A DNA stretch of 64,000 nt, from the IMG/VR virus record IMGVR_UViG_3300032315_000647, positions 50,746-114,745 of that record; one strand, written 5' to 3'. Made by a program: the position numbers and the translations under genes. The notes beneath the pieces are model-generated. The model saw nothing but the letters and a program-made list of their open reading frames with translations, was not told the DNA's origin and made no database searches. Source of the DNA: a virus. Every line of letters starts with the position of its first letter. Within the stretch, counting starts at the first letter, position 1. Positions 9,801 through 21,100 of the stretch are shown here, piece by piece.

Positions 9801-12169
9801 GTGGTAGCATCTTTTTCCATTTGTTCATTATAGATGAGCTCACCGATTAAGTCATCTATTCTACCAAATACAGTGGCAAACGCATTGTACTCTCGCATGT
9901 CTGCAGCCATTTCAGAGAGTTTCTCATCTGTAAAGTCTTCACCTTTTGTATTAGCGGGTCTATCCTTATAAATGGTGTTATAGTCATTGAGTATTCGTTG
10001 ACCTTCTTTCTTCATCTCTTTAATTACATCTACAAGAGGAGCAATGTTGAGAGTTCCCTGGGCTGCACGAATTGCTTCCTTTAGAATGTTCAACCTATCA
10101 CGTTTGAATTCACGCTCATCTTCATCTGTCACCACCTTCTTAGAAATCTGTTTGTAAGAAGCATTGAGTAGTGAGATGAGTTTATCAAGACGTTCAAAAC
10201 CAGTGGTTTCTGTTTCTTCAGATACAGGAACCAAACGTAAGTCTTCAATCTCTTCTGTGTTTACAGATCCTATTGAAATTCCTGTAACCTTAACAGGAGA
10301 TTTTTTATCTCTAGGATTTTCTTGTTTAATATCCATCAGAATAGGAATTGCCCTATTCATCCCCATTTCTTTCACTCCATATCTATCACGAAGAATATCT
10401 TTATATCGTCCGAGCTGAACATTATATGCTCCTTGTTTATACCAAGCAACATCTTTAGCACCAGCAGCAACACTCATGAACTTCCAGTCAATGATATTAC
10501 CTTTGCCATTCTCTTCTACAATCAACAAGTCTATTGTACCAGCTTCTTTCTCTTTAGGATCATATATAATCACCTCAGAGAACACAAGAGGATTCTTACC
10601 ATCCTTTGAGAACTTAGCTATTAACTCAGTGTAATACTTCTCAAGTTTGTCATATATCTGTTCATCTACATCTGAAAGTTTTAATGTACGAGGTTCAGGA
10701 TTTACCTTTCTTGTTCCATCAGAATTGAAATATCTTCCATGTATCTCTTCAAAATATCCATGCCCTTTAACACCAAACTCTCTTTTGAACTCATTGAATT
10801 TCTTCTCTTCTTCTGTAAAAGTCTTATCACCAAAACGTTGCCTATACCAAGCTTTTACACGATCAGTTACCCTTTTAGTAACACGTTGAAACGTACCATC
10901 AGGTTGCTTTACCTCATACCAGTTAGATGCTTCTTCAGTGTCTACCAAAAGAGGATCAATAGATTTCTTATCTTCAACCTTCTTAATACTATCTTTTGTC
11001 TGAAGGATGCGTTGTTGTATTTCTTTTTGAGCATTAGAGATTTGATAATAAACTCCTTCTCCAACAAGTTCACCTTCAACACCTTCCTCTATAAGAGCAG
11101 CAGCTTCCTTGAACACATCAATGTTAGCTGCTTTATACATCCCTCTGAACCAATCAAGAATCTTCTGCCACCAGTTGTGTACAATGGTTCTGTTGGTCTC
11201 ATTCATCAGTTCAGGGAATTCTGTAGTGCCCTGATTATTATTAATAATTAGTTCAGCAATCAGTTTATCAACAGCTTCTTTCTTAATCTTACGAATGTCT
11301 GGCTTTCCATTAGGAAGTTGATAAGCAGGATTGTTTTTGTATTGTTCAAATGTTTGTTTGTATATAGAAAATCTATCAATCTTGGATATCATTTCTGTAA
11401 CTAGATTGGGATTCTTCTTCTCAATAATGGCTGTAGCTATGTGCACCATCTCTTCTGTAAGAGCAACATCCTCTTTACCCTCTGCAACAGCAATTATCCT
11501 ACTTGTCAAATCAGCAATAGCATTAACACTATTTTCAACAGCAAGCTTTGTCCCTTTCAAATACTCAGAGAGATCCTTAACATCCACGCCCATTTTCTTC
11601 AAAAGCTCTTTCACTTTTGAAATAGTTTCTGGAGAAGCAATTGAGGAAGGCATTCCTTCCATTTGCATCATTGTCTGAGGAATAACCTCAAAGTAATCTC
11701 CTCTATCAACAGCTAAACCTTTATTTAATAAAGATTTCCAAACCCTATTTGCAGAATTATTTATATCTTGTTTACCAAAAAATTCTGATTTTAAAGTTTT
11801 ACCTTCTTTTGCTAATTTATTTGCAAGAGCTAAATAAACTTTTGTACCAAATCCTTTACCTTGAAATTCTTCATATAATTCTACTCCAGCCATTCCTATA
11901 GAAGAAGATATGTAACCTTCATTATCTACAGAAATAACTCCTGCATATCTACCATTTATTTTAATAGGATAACTTGTTGCTTCTGGATTATCTGGATTAA
12001 ATCTTGGGTTATCTAAAGTTAGATCAGGAGTTGAATCAAATAGTTCTTCCACTCCTTGTTTAATACCTTGCTGTTCCCTATCAACTTCTATCTCAGCCAA
12101 TAAACGATTGCCCCCTGTTCTCTCAAGAGCAGCTTTGAATTCTGGGCTATTTGGATTTATACATGCCAT
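6896..12169 (-). CDS. Large virion cargo/ejection protein with N-terminal GNAT-like insert and PD-(D/E)XK nuclease domain
   Basis: 1757 aa directly after the vRNAP; FQGKGFGTKVY acetyl-CoA-type motif; SEVIIYD...EAGTIDLLIV...NIIDWKF...YNVQLGRY nuclease motifs. Confidence 0.75.
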   Translation of the reverse strand: MACINPNSPEFKAALERTGGNRLLAEIEVDREQQGIKQGVEELFDSTPDLTLDNPRFNPDNPEATSYPIKINGRYAGVISVDNEGYISSSIGMAGVELYEEFQGKGFGTKVYLALANKLAKEGKTLKSEFFGKQDINNSANRVWKSLLNKGLAVDRGDYFEVIPQTMMQMEGMPSSIASPETISKVKELLKKMGVDVKDLSEYLKGTKLAVENSVNAIADLTSRIIAVAEGKEDVALTEEMVHIATAIIEKKNPNLVTEMISKIDRFSIYKQTFEQYKNNPAYQLPNGKPDIRKIKKEAVDKLIAELIINNNQGTTEFPELMNETNRTIVHNWWQKILDWFRGMYKAANIDVFKEAAALIEEGVEGELVGEGVYYQISNAQKEIQQRILQTKDSIKKVEDKKSIDPLLVDTEEASNWYEVKQPDGTFQRVTKRVTDRVKAWYRQRFGDKTFTEEEKKFNEFKREFGVKGHGYFEEIHGRYFNSDGTRKVNPEPRTLKLSDVDEQIYDKLEKYYTELIAKFSKDGKNPLVFSEVIIYDPKEKEAGTIDLLIVEENGKGNIIDWKFMSVAAGAKDVAWYKQGAYNVQLGRYKDILRDRYGVKEMGMNRAIPILMDIKQENPRDKKSPVKVTGISIGSVNTEEIEDLRLVPVSEETETTGFERLDKLISLLNASYKQISKKVVTDEDEREFKRDRLNILKEAIRAAQGTLNIAPLVDVIKEMKKEGQRILNDYNTIYKDRPANTKGEDFTDEKLSEMAADMREYNAFATVFGRIDDLIGELIYNEQMEKDATTEEAKEGVAFNKNLLKDISDEARKIRLSAEQIGEVSGKFADKFIGERNLVKGLLNAEAVVKGLSSNFRGISELPMASLEVLFKLVTNAKGRASRDALGEVDRLMAIRKKLVDRGGDVRKLVQQIYQKDDKNKTVNKLIYKFKKEFFEGVDNNALEGNHDKNWLLNNIDVDAYRKEAKELLDKKIERIKKLYDDDPDRMDEMILEEKRKWDIDRKDFNGWKNYIIKRHPLAKWQSEEYKELLKDNDLFELYNFINEMNNKAKESGYISNKVASTFLPFIRKGMAESLAWDFDVSAVMNFGKSLQIQTDDVGYGKINELTGELENAIPKYYTYDFTRKEDGTNDYSDVSEDIFKNMILYINHMEKYKYLSEVEDQLQLVKTIETFKGYLNTNNVGEVVYDERGPKVMAKGEVTSEGNAKIFNDFLRALLYEQKYPLSDSDTPLGVGKVMNFMKSAVNNVANREVFKIDENPSATSLVKTMDAANRAFQLKALGLEFVSGAVNAFGANIQIATQAGNYFKAREVLANETKLVGNKFKNDEEREMFIQLVNIFMPLKDDPTYDKLQEAGLTVLTRQNFSDMLYFFMKHPEQHIEKSIFLTLLDNTMIDNGKIVNIREFVKRKYKDRYDSSSKYKEVASKINEEIEELKKTKAISVTKKLENGKLVIPGLDLSNIDELQRLTNLTRRISRNATGGLSDSDLNRMGMSVWTKSMMVFKNWIPKLVDTRFGEFRKVSDDFSVEIGEDGITTGQKYDIGRIRLFAYVLGTSIRDRSTNIYNILAVNDKGVELMNKMYEEFAEKYEKRTGKPLEMDRDEFIDMIRINLRNQVKELSILMSMFGAMFALGFAAPDDEDDRASKNFYRYQLRVIDKFISELSFFYNPAEFQKILSGSLFPAIGIFSDMGRFVDHAMMEMTGVDTSDSDLTVEQVRKKAQPIKNFGKMFPFTKSIFTYGGILDPEFAKEFDITIQKESRR

Positions 12170-12170
12170 A

Positions 12171-15100
12171 TCAATAACATTCTTTTAGTTTTTTAATTGC
12201 CATCTGTCCTTCCAAAGTAATACATTCCATTATCTCTCCAAGAGCCTCATCTTCTGTCATTTTGTATTTAGCACTATAGTTTTTGAGGATTTGCTTTTGC
12301 CTCTCAGGAGAGAATGCTTTTTCAAATGTCAAAGGAACTCTAGGAGCTGTAGGAGCTTGTTGTGTGGGAACTGACCTCTTATAACTCTTAGGATCTTGCA
12401 AGAACTTGCTGATGATTACATTATTATCAACATCCTCCACTTGTATAAATCCATTCTCAATTACAGACTTGTGATCAACATCATAGAACTCATTAGCTCT
12501 GAAGCTGTCTCCCCATGCATTTACAGCTTTGTAGACAAAGTATTTCTTACCCTCTTGATCGGAATGTTCTAGAGGTGTACCAGAATTATCATACACTTTC
12601 CTGAACAAACCTTTATTCATAAAAGAGAAGTCTCCAGCTTTACGCATTTTAGCCTTCTTATCCTTTATCACTTTATACAATTCAATACCTCTAGCGTTTG
12701 CTTGTTCTATTTCTTCCTTTGTAAGAAGATCATTTTCCTTCTCCCAGGTGTACACTATGTAATCAAAACTTGCTTCTCTGTTGTTCTTAGAACGTGTAAG
12801 TACAGGAGGAATCTCTCCTTTGGCTACAGCATCTTGTACAGGATTAGGCAAGAACTTCATTGATGGATTGTAATACTTCTTACCTGTTTTCTTTGATGTA
12901 ATCAATGCTGCTTTCAAATAAGGAGTGATATCATCATTGTTCCAGTTGTTCCTTTCAAACACACCAAGCTTATAGAAGTCATCTAAGTTAGACAATCCTT
13001 CCAACTTGGAGAGAGTTGCGTTATAAATTTTCTCAAAGTCTTCATAAGGAATAAGAGATGTGAATGATATTGGAGAACTTGACAAACCGCTTTGAAGAAT
13101 TGCTAAGGTGACAATTCTGTCATACAGAGGATTCTTATCATCTTTCAAACGATCTCTAAGTTCACGGAAGGCATATATCACATTGTTCTGATCATACACC
13201 TTGTTCTCTGCCATGTTCAGCTTAACGTTATTCACCCCACCTTTTGCAGCTCTCATGGAAGGAATACCCTCAATGATTCTTATTATTTCATTATTAGCAA
13301 GAGGATCGTTACTTTCTTTAAGCTGATTTACAAAGTTCACAACTTCCCTACCTACACCACCATCATTGATAAGGATGTCTGTAATTTGTTTATTAAGATT
13401 TTGGTCAGTTTGTACAGCCCAGTCAAACAAGTCAGCTACAGCTTTCTGAGCCACCTTCACAAAATCCCTATCACTCATATTTACATAAGGTTTCAACACC
13501 TTCTGTATTACTCCTCTCACCTTAGGACTATCAGACTTCAGAATTTGAGCAAATGCATCTCTCACTTGATTTATATTCTGAGCAAGCTTTCCAACAAAGG
13601 AATTTGAAAGCAATGTATCTACAGAACTGATGATGGTGTTCTGAGCTTTGATTTGCTGCATTTGCTTCTTGAAAATCAGATAGGGATCATTGAAACTAGC
13701 TGTATCATAGTTAGAGCCTTGAGTTACATGGAACATGTGTTCTGCCATCTTGGCATATTTCAAGAACTCCTTCAGCATCAGGTATTGATCTGTCTTCTCC
13801 TGAGCACTCATGTCAGAAGGAAGCTTGCCCAGATTTTTCTCTAGTGCGGTTTCTGAAGGAATTTTGAATGACTGCAATCTTCTATCCAATTCAGTTTCAG
13901 ACATCTCTTGTTCATATCTATAACCCATCAATTCAACAAAGTCATCAATAAACAACCATGAATAACCAGCACTTTCTATTGTACGAAGGTAGTCACGAAT
14001 AATAGGCTGGTTCATGAAATAAGCTACAGTGTTTACAGGAACACCAAGCTTAACCAAGAACAACCATGTGCTTGCTACATTGGGTGTAGCACCAAGTTCC
14101 ATGATCCAAGGACCTTTGGAAATGTCCACATATCCATCAATGAACATACCAATGATATCAGATATGTATTCACCAGCCTTGTTCTTAATCATGGATAAGG
14201 TGGGAACCATTTTACCGTCCACCTCAATAGTGTTGTACTTCTCAAATTTAATATCTGGATTATCTGTAAGCCAGAATCTATCATCTTCAGAAGCTCTATC
14301 AAGCCTATTCTTATCTATATAAATAGGTTGACGTTGATTGAGAGAGTGATTAGTCTGGTTTACAGCTGCAATACCAATTGCATATTTACCTGTTACAAAT
14401 GCATGACGCAAGCTTGACATGAATGTTCTGTCAAGCATATTCTCAACATTCTTGTAATCAAATGTTTGACCTATAGTTTTCTGAGCAATCTTTGCAGAAA
14501 GCTTCTTAAGAACTTCTGCAGAGTTGGGCTTAATAAGGTTTTCATAGTTCTCATCACTTGTGATGAGATTTTCCATACTCTGGATGTAACCATTCTCCAA
14601 GCTCTTTTTGTACAACTTCTTGACAATCTGATCTTTAGAACGAACATCTTTCATGAATTCTGCTGTAAGTTCTTCTTCAGAAAAGAAGTTTCCAAATATT
14701 GATTTTAAGAATTTACCAGCAGCATCATCCATCTCATCTTCCATGAGAAGAGTTTCTTCAGCAATATACCTATCAAGCTCTCTCATTTGTTCAGGAGATA
14801 GGAATTCTCCTTTGTCAAAGAGTTCCTTAAACTTGTCTATTGCTTGCTGACCAATTCCAAAATAAGGAATCAGTTTAGGCTTACCGTTCTTAATATATAC
14901 GTTCTTGAGATAGATGGAGAGTTTATCTATATCAAAGTCAGATCCTACCTTCTGAACCAAAGCAGCAGGGATGACAACACTATCTTTGAATTCCTTAGGA
15001 AGGAACTTCTTGATAACAATAACATCAACAGAGTTTTGCTTTTGTGTAGGAATACGATAACCTACACCAGACAATACCTTTTGTCCTTCTTCTGTATTAT

Positions 15101-18100
15101 TTAAATAGTTAATAAGTTCTTCATCAGATAGTGGACTATCAAACCACCTACCAAGCATCACCTCAGCTACACGCTTACCGTCCTTCTCATAGAACTTGAG
15201 AACCTCAGACTCATAGAATCCATCTTTCAGCTTACGCACACCACTTTCAAGAAGTGTAGAAGGAATCTGAACCTTCATACCACCATTGATCTTTGGAGAG
15301 ATGAATTGTTTGTCAGCTATGGAGTAGATAACGTTTCTCACTTGCTGATATGCAGGAGTGGCTTCAAGCACCACCTTACCCTGAAGAAATCCAGCAAGAG
15401 CATCTGATGCATTATCATTTATCTCCCTCTTCAGCATTTCATCACGAAGAGTTTGTGCAGCTTTAGAGAAGTCTGTTATCTCATATTTTCTTTCAATAAT
15501 TTTACCATCTTTATCTTTAGTGATGGTTTCCTTAATACCCAGTCTCTCAAGAGTGGTTTTATATCCCTCCTCAATAAGAGCTTCAAGAAGGTCTTGATTC
15601 TCTTTTATATTTCTATAAAGCTTAGACCTCTCAAGTTTCTCACCGTCACTAAGTTTATACCAAGCTTTGTATCTGTTGTTAAATGGTTGACCAGGAAAGA
15701 AATCAACAGGTACACCAGCTTCCATGAAATCAAGAGTGATGAGCTTTGTAATCTGACTACCTCTTGTAACATCAGATGTATCCTTAGAAGGAACTTCAGC
15801 CTGAATACTCATGATGGAGAAAGGAACGTTTGTAATGTTCTTTTCTGAATAAGGAGTATTGTTGAACTGCCCATCTATGTAGGTTTCGTGAGGATCTTGA
15901 GCTCCCACCTTTCTACTACTAGCAAACACTATGTAATCAATATCCTCTTTCTGCATCTTTTCATAAAGCTTGATGGCATTAGCATCACTATTGATTTGCT
16001 TCATGATGCGATAGGACAAAGGATAAAGAGCGAACTTATCCAACATTACATTATTGTACGAGCTAGCTGTACCATTTTTAGCAAGCTTGCTACCAGATAC
16101 AATAGGCTTAATTGGAGTGTATGCACTTTGAATGCCAGGATTACCAGCAGCCAACAAAACCCTTTCCTCTGGACTCATGTCCAAACCCTTATCATTCTTT
16201 TCCCAAGCTACATCATATCTGTATTGACGCTCCTCATCACTATTCCAATCACTAGCTCTAATCCTGAAATGACGGTTTGCTCTCATGTTGATTATACCAG
16301 CACCATCAGTTTCTTTAAATTTTTCGTAGTTATGAAGATCAATTATTCCTATTACATCTGCATGTGTTGCTGTACGGAAATAGTCTCTTGTGAACTTTGT
16401 AAAACCAATGTCTCCACTACTGAAACCTTTATTCCAAATGTTATTAAAGGCTGTGTTCATCTTTGGAGAACTATTGATGATAGCCTGACGAGGAGAGTTG
16501 AAGTTTTTAATACGCTTGAGTTCATCCTCATATTGATAGGGATCAGAATACAGAAGCTTATGCATCTCAATATTTGCAATCATGTAGTTTGCAGTGAGAG
16601 CCATGAGTTCTACATTCAGCTCCTTTTCTGTCATGTTCTTAGGAAGCTCTGTATTCTCTATACTAAAACCTTCTTCTGTTTCTTTAAGAATACCATATCG
16701 TGAAAGTACAATTTTGAGTTTGTTCATGTCTGTAGTCATGAAGTCCTCAATCTTTCTGTTTATCTCCTTCTCAAAGTCTTTATAAACTTGTTCAGGTGTT
16801 CCAGTGGCACTCACCACTTTATTATGAAGATCTCCAAGAATACCCTTGAAGAAACGCATTTCTTTAGATTTTCTACCTTTAGCAACAGGACGATCTTCTC
16901 TTACAAGTTCCAACTCAGACAGGAAATACCCTTTAAATATCTCATTGATATCTCCCATTCCTTTTCTTACAGAAGCTGCAGAAATTGCATTCCCAAGTTT
17001 TATCATCCATTCAAGAGATGCATCTCCAGGAACCAGATTCAAATACCAACCTTTGACATTGAGATTGAGCTCTTGTACAAGCCTTTGTCTGTATGTGAGA
17101 CGAGAGGATTCTTTACGCTTTCCTTTTGCCTCATCCACTGTACCACCAACATATCCAATCTCAAAGAGGTCTTCTGAACCTTCTTTTATCTTACCGTTGC
17201 TAGCAAACATCCTGCTAAGAATATTAGAGTTCTTAGCAAATGAGTCTGTCAGAAGGTAGCTATATTGTGTACCCCCTACAGATTCCTTATTGAACACTTT
17301 AACCTTAGAAAGGAATGTTCTTAAATCACTAGCAGCATTTGTACCAATATAAGACTGTGTACGTTCACCAGACACACTGAAATATGTGCTGCTGAATTCA
17401 GGGTTACTAATAGCTGCTCTTACTAAAGCAAGTTCAAGAAGACGACCTCTCATTCCAAGAGCCTTACCAGAGAAGGTTGCTATCTTTTCAGTTTTAGCAA
17501 TGCTTGCTTTAATACCAAGAGTGGCTTCCTTGAACTTTTTATATTGGTCAGAGGTCATTTTGTTTACATCCTCTACACTAAACGGAATACCAAGTTCCTT
17601 CAGAAAGCTAGTTAACCCTGCAGGAGTAGCTAAGTTAGTCACCTTTGCAAGCTTGCTAGGATCCCCCACAAATGCTTTTTCTTTTTCATTATATGTGAAG
17701 AATCCCTTACCCTCTTTTGCTTTGAACACAATAGAGTTGATGTATTCATTTCTAATCTGTTCTCCAGCAGAAGCAAGATTTGCCTCACCAACAACCACTT
17801 CTCCATTCTCAAGGATGAATACATTCTTAACACTAGGATTCTGTTTTTTGAATGTATTCCACAAAGAACTTATAAGTTGCAGTCCATGTTGTGTTTTGAT
17901 TTGCCCTAAATCAACACCCTTCTCCTCCCAAGATCTTTTTGTAATCCTCTTATACAGAGTTCTATAGTTTACATCATTCTCAGCCATCTTGCGAAGGTTC
18001 TCCAACATCTCTTCTATACTAGCAGAGTTGTGAAGATTATTCATCAAGCTGATGTATGTCTTTCCTACAGGAAGAAGAAGTGCTCCACCAATAGAAGAAG

Positions 18101-21100
18101 GGATAATCTTACCTTGTGCATTCACTTGTGGAATAGTGGACAACAGAAGCTTTATTGCAGAGCTTGCTTTCTTGAAATTGTCAATCTTTGAAGCGTCTTG
18201 ATAATCACTTTTGCCACTGTTATGTTCATCTCTCACCATCAGATTTTCGTCCTCATCAAATTCAATCTGATAGCTCTTTAAATATTCTTGATGTCTTTCA
18301 ACAATTGTTTCCCATTGATCCTTAACATGTTGCATCAATTGAAGAACATTGGATATATAAGGATTGACTTCTTCTTGTGTATTTTTATTCTCTCTAACAA
18401 GAGCTTGTGCTTTACGAGCTTTTTTAGCAATTGTTCTATATATTTGATATCTGAGATTGTCGTAAATTTCTTTTTTATTACGTTTTTCAACTTCAAACAA
18501 ACTCTCATCTGTCTTAATCATGTCAGTGAGAGTGAGATAGGTCATGTGTTGAATGATGTCATTCCTCTCTCTATCATTGATTCCTGCAAGACTAAGTACA
18601 GCATCTGAGTCAGCAAATGCATCCTCTACATCAATGATGCCTTGTTTGGCATAAGCAAGACTGTTTACAAGAGGTAGATTGGATTTGTAATATCCTTTAC
18701 CAATCTTGCTGAACATCTTCTCAACCTTGGAATCTGAATCACGACCAAGGAAGAACTCTTTAATAGTTGTCAACATGTCAGCAAACAACTTAAGAATATA
18801 AGGTCTTCCCTTTGCAGGTTTTTGAGGAATCTTCTTAAACTGAATGTAATCTCTAAACTCTTCAGCCAATCTTTCTTCAAGTTGTTCTTCTGTAGCTTTA
18901 GAATAGCTCACATCCTTCAGAGATGCTCTATCAAAGAACTTGCCGCTCCTAGCCCTCATCTCATCCATTACAGACTTCTGTTCTGTAGGATCAGAGAACA
19001 TCCTCCATACAGCATGGAACACTTCATGATAGACAGTGCCCACTTCAGCATTTTCATAGATGTATATTGCACCATCCTTGAACATACCCCAGGCTTGTTT
19101 ACCATTGGTAGCTTGAATGATGTTCTTTACACGATAGATAGGAACATTAGGGAAATTGGCTTTCAGCCAAGTTTCCACTTGATTCCAGTTTTCAGGAACA
19201 AATGCTTTGAGTTCTTGTTCAACAATTACACGAAGAGCTTCATCACTCTCTCCAATTATTTTTTCATTTACAGCATCTATTATAGACTGACTGATAGGTT
19301 TACCAACTTTAGCACTAGCATCAGCTACGGTTGCTTCTGGAACAGCTTCTGGAATGGTGATAACAAGTTCTTCCTCTGTTGCTCTTATTTGATCAAGTGT
19401 AGGAGCAATAGCATTGAATATTGTCTTCTTAAGTATTTCTCCAGGATCCTTACCAGCAGCTTTTATTTTAGCAACCACTTCATCAAGATCACCACCCTTC
19501 AAGATTTTAATCTTGTCAATTAAATTTGCAGGTGTTGTATCAGAAGGTGCAACAAATATTATTTGCTTTCCTTCTGGAGAAACATATATGTTTTTTGATT
19601 CTCCATCAAGAACATATCCACTAGTAGGAACAGCTACAGCTTCAGGAACTCCAACAGTGACAGTTTCAAAAGGAGGTTCTTCTGTAGAAGCAGGGGTTGA
19701 GGGAATAACTGAGGGAGCTTCTACTTTAGGAGCAGCTGTAGGTGTTGCAGGAGCACCAGGGGTGATTCTCTTAATGGTAGCCACCTTCTTCTTCTCAACA
19801 ACAGGAATTACAAAATCATCAGCTGTATCTGTTGTATAGAAATAGATGTCTGTTCTGTTTATGTCTTCCTCATTAGCAACAGGACGCATGGTGGTTGCGA
19901 GAGGGAGCTCTTCACCACTTCTCTTCTTTCCATCAGGAGTGGTGTTTGAAAGCAGATAGGATTGATAGTTCTTCCATGTTCTACTAATCACCTCACCTTT
20001 AGGAGATATGGACAATATCTCTTCGTAAGATTCGTTCAGTTGTTTTGTATAATGAGACTTAATGTTGTTGTACATGTTGGACAACAGAAGCATAATCTCA
20101 TTCTTGTTTTCTTCAAGTGATGTAGGTGTGAAAGGAAAATCCTTACCTCTACCAGAAATAGAGAGCATAAACTTACCTGTCTCAGGATCTTTCTCAAAGA
20201 ATATGCTATTATATCCTGCAGGCTTTCTTTCCTTATTCTGATCTACTGGAATACCCCAATAGACAACAGATTTCAACCAGTTGAGCAAACGCTCAGACTC
20301 AGGACTCTTGATTCCCACCTGAGGATTGAGCATGTTCTTAGCCAGCTGATGAATAACCTGATAGATGGTTTCAGCTTCTTTCTGTGTATGTTTTCTGTTC
20401 TGAAGCTTAACAAGTCCATTAGGCAACTCAAGAACTACACTACCAATAGGTGTTCTGAGTGTTGTTGTACCTTGTTCAAGAACAGCAAGATTGCTTCCTT
20501 CAGAAGGAAGTGTGGGGATGTTAATCAGTTGGCTAGATTCTAGATCAGCAGTTGAGATGAGATTTGCATCTTCTACAGATGTTCTAGTTTCGTAGATGAT
20601 TTTACCATCAGCATCTGTAACATTCTGAACTCTTCCAAAGGATGCACCAATCGCATGGCGATCACGCAAACTAGGATTTTCAAGAACAGATGTTCTCCAT
20701 GCCTTGTATTGAGCAGTTACAGAATCTACCACTTCTTTAGGAGTGTCCTTACGGAACATACTTGCATTATCATACTCAGCACCCCATTTCAATTCAGCAT
20801 CAGGGAACACTTGATATATTGCAGTGTCCAAAGGATTTGCACCTTCAGCAATAGGTTGTCCATCTTCTCCAACAAGAGATATGTTACCATCAGCATCTTC
20901 CTCCACCATTACCAGCGCAATGATTTCATCTTTCTTAATGTCCTCATTTATCTGACCAGCCTCATCCATTCTCAGACGATCTGTTAAGCCAGGGATAATT
21001 TCATCTTCGTTTTTAGATGTTACATATACACCACGAATGTTTTCTCTGTTTGGAAATCTCTCAAGATTGAATCCAAAAGTGTTAGCTCGTACTTGATGAG

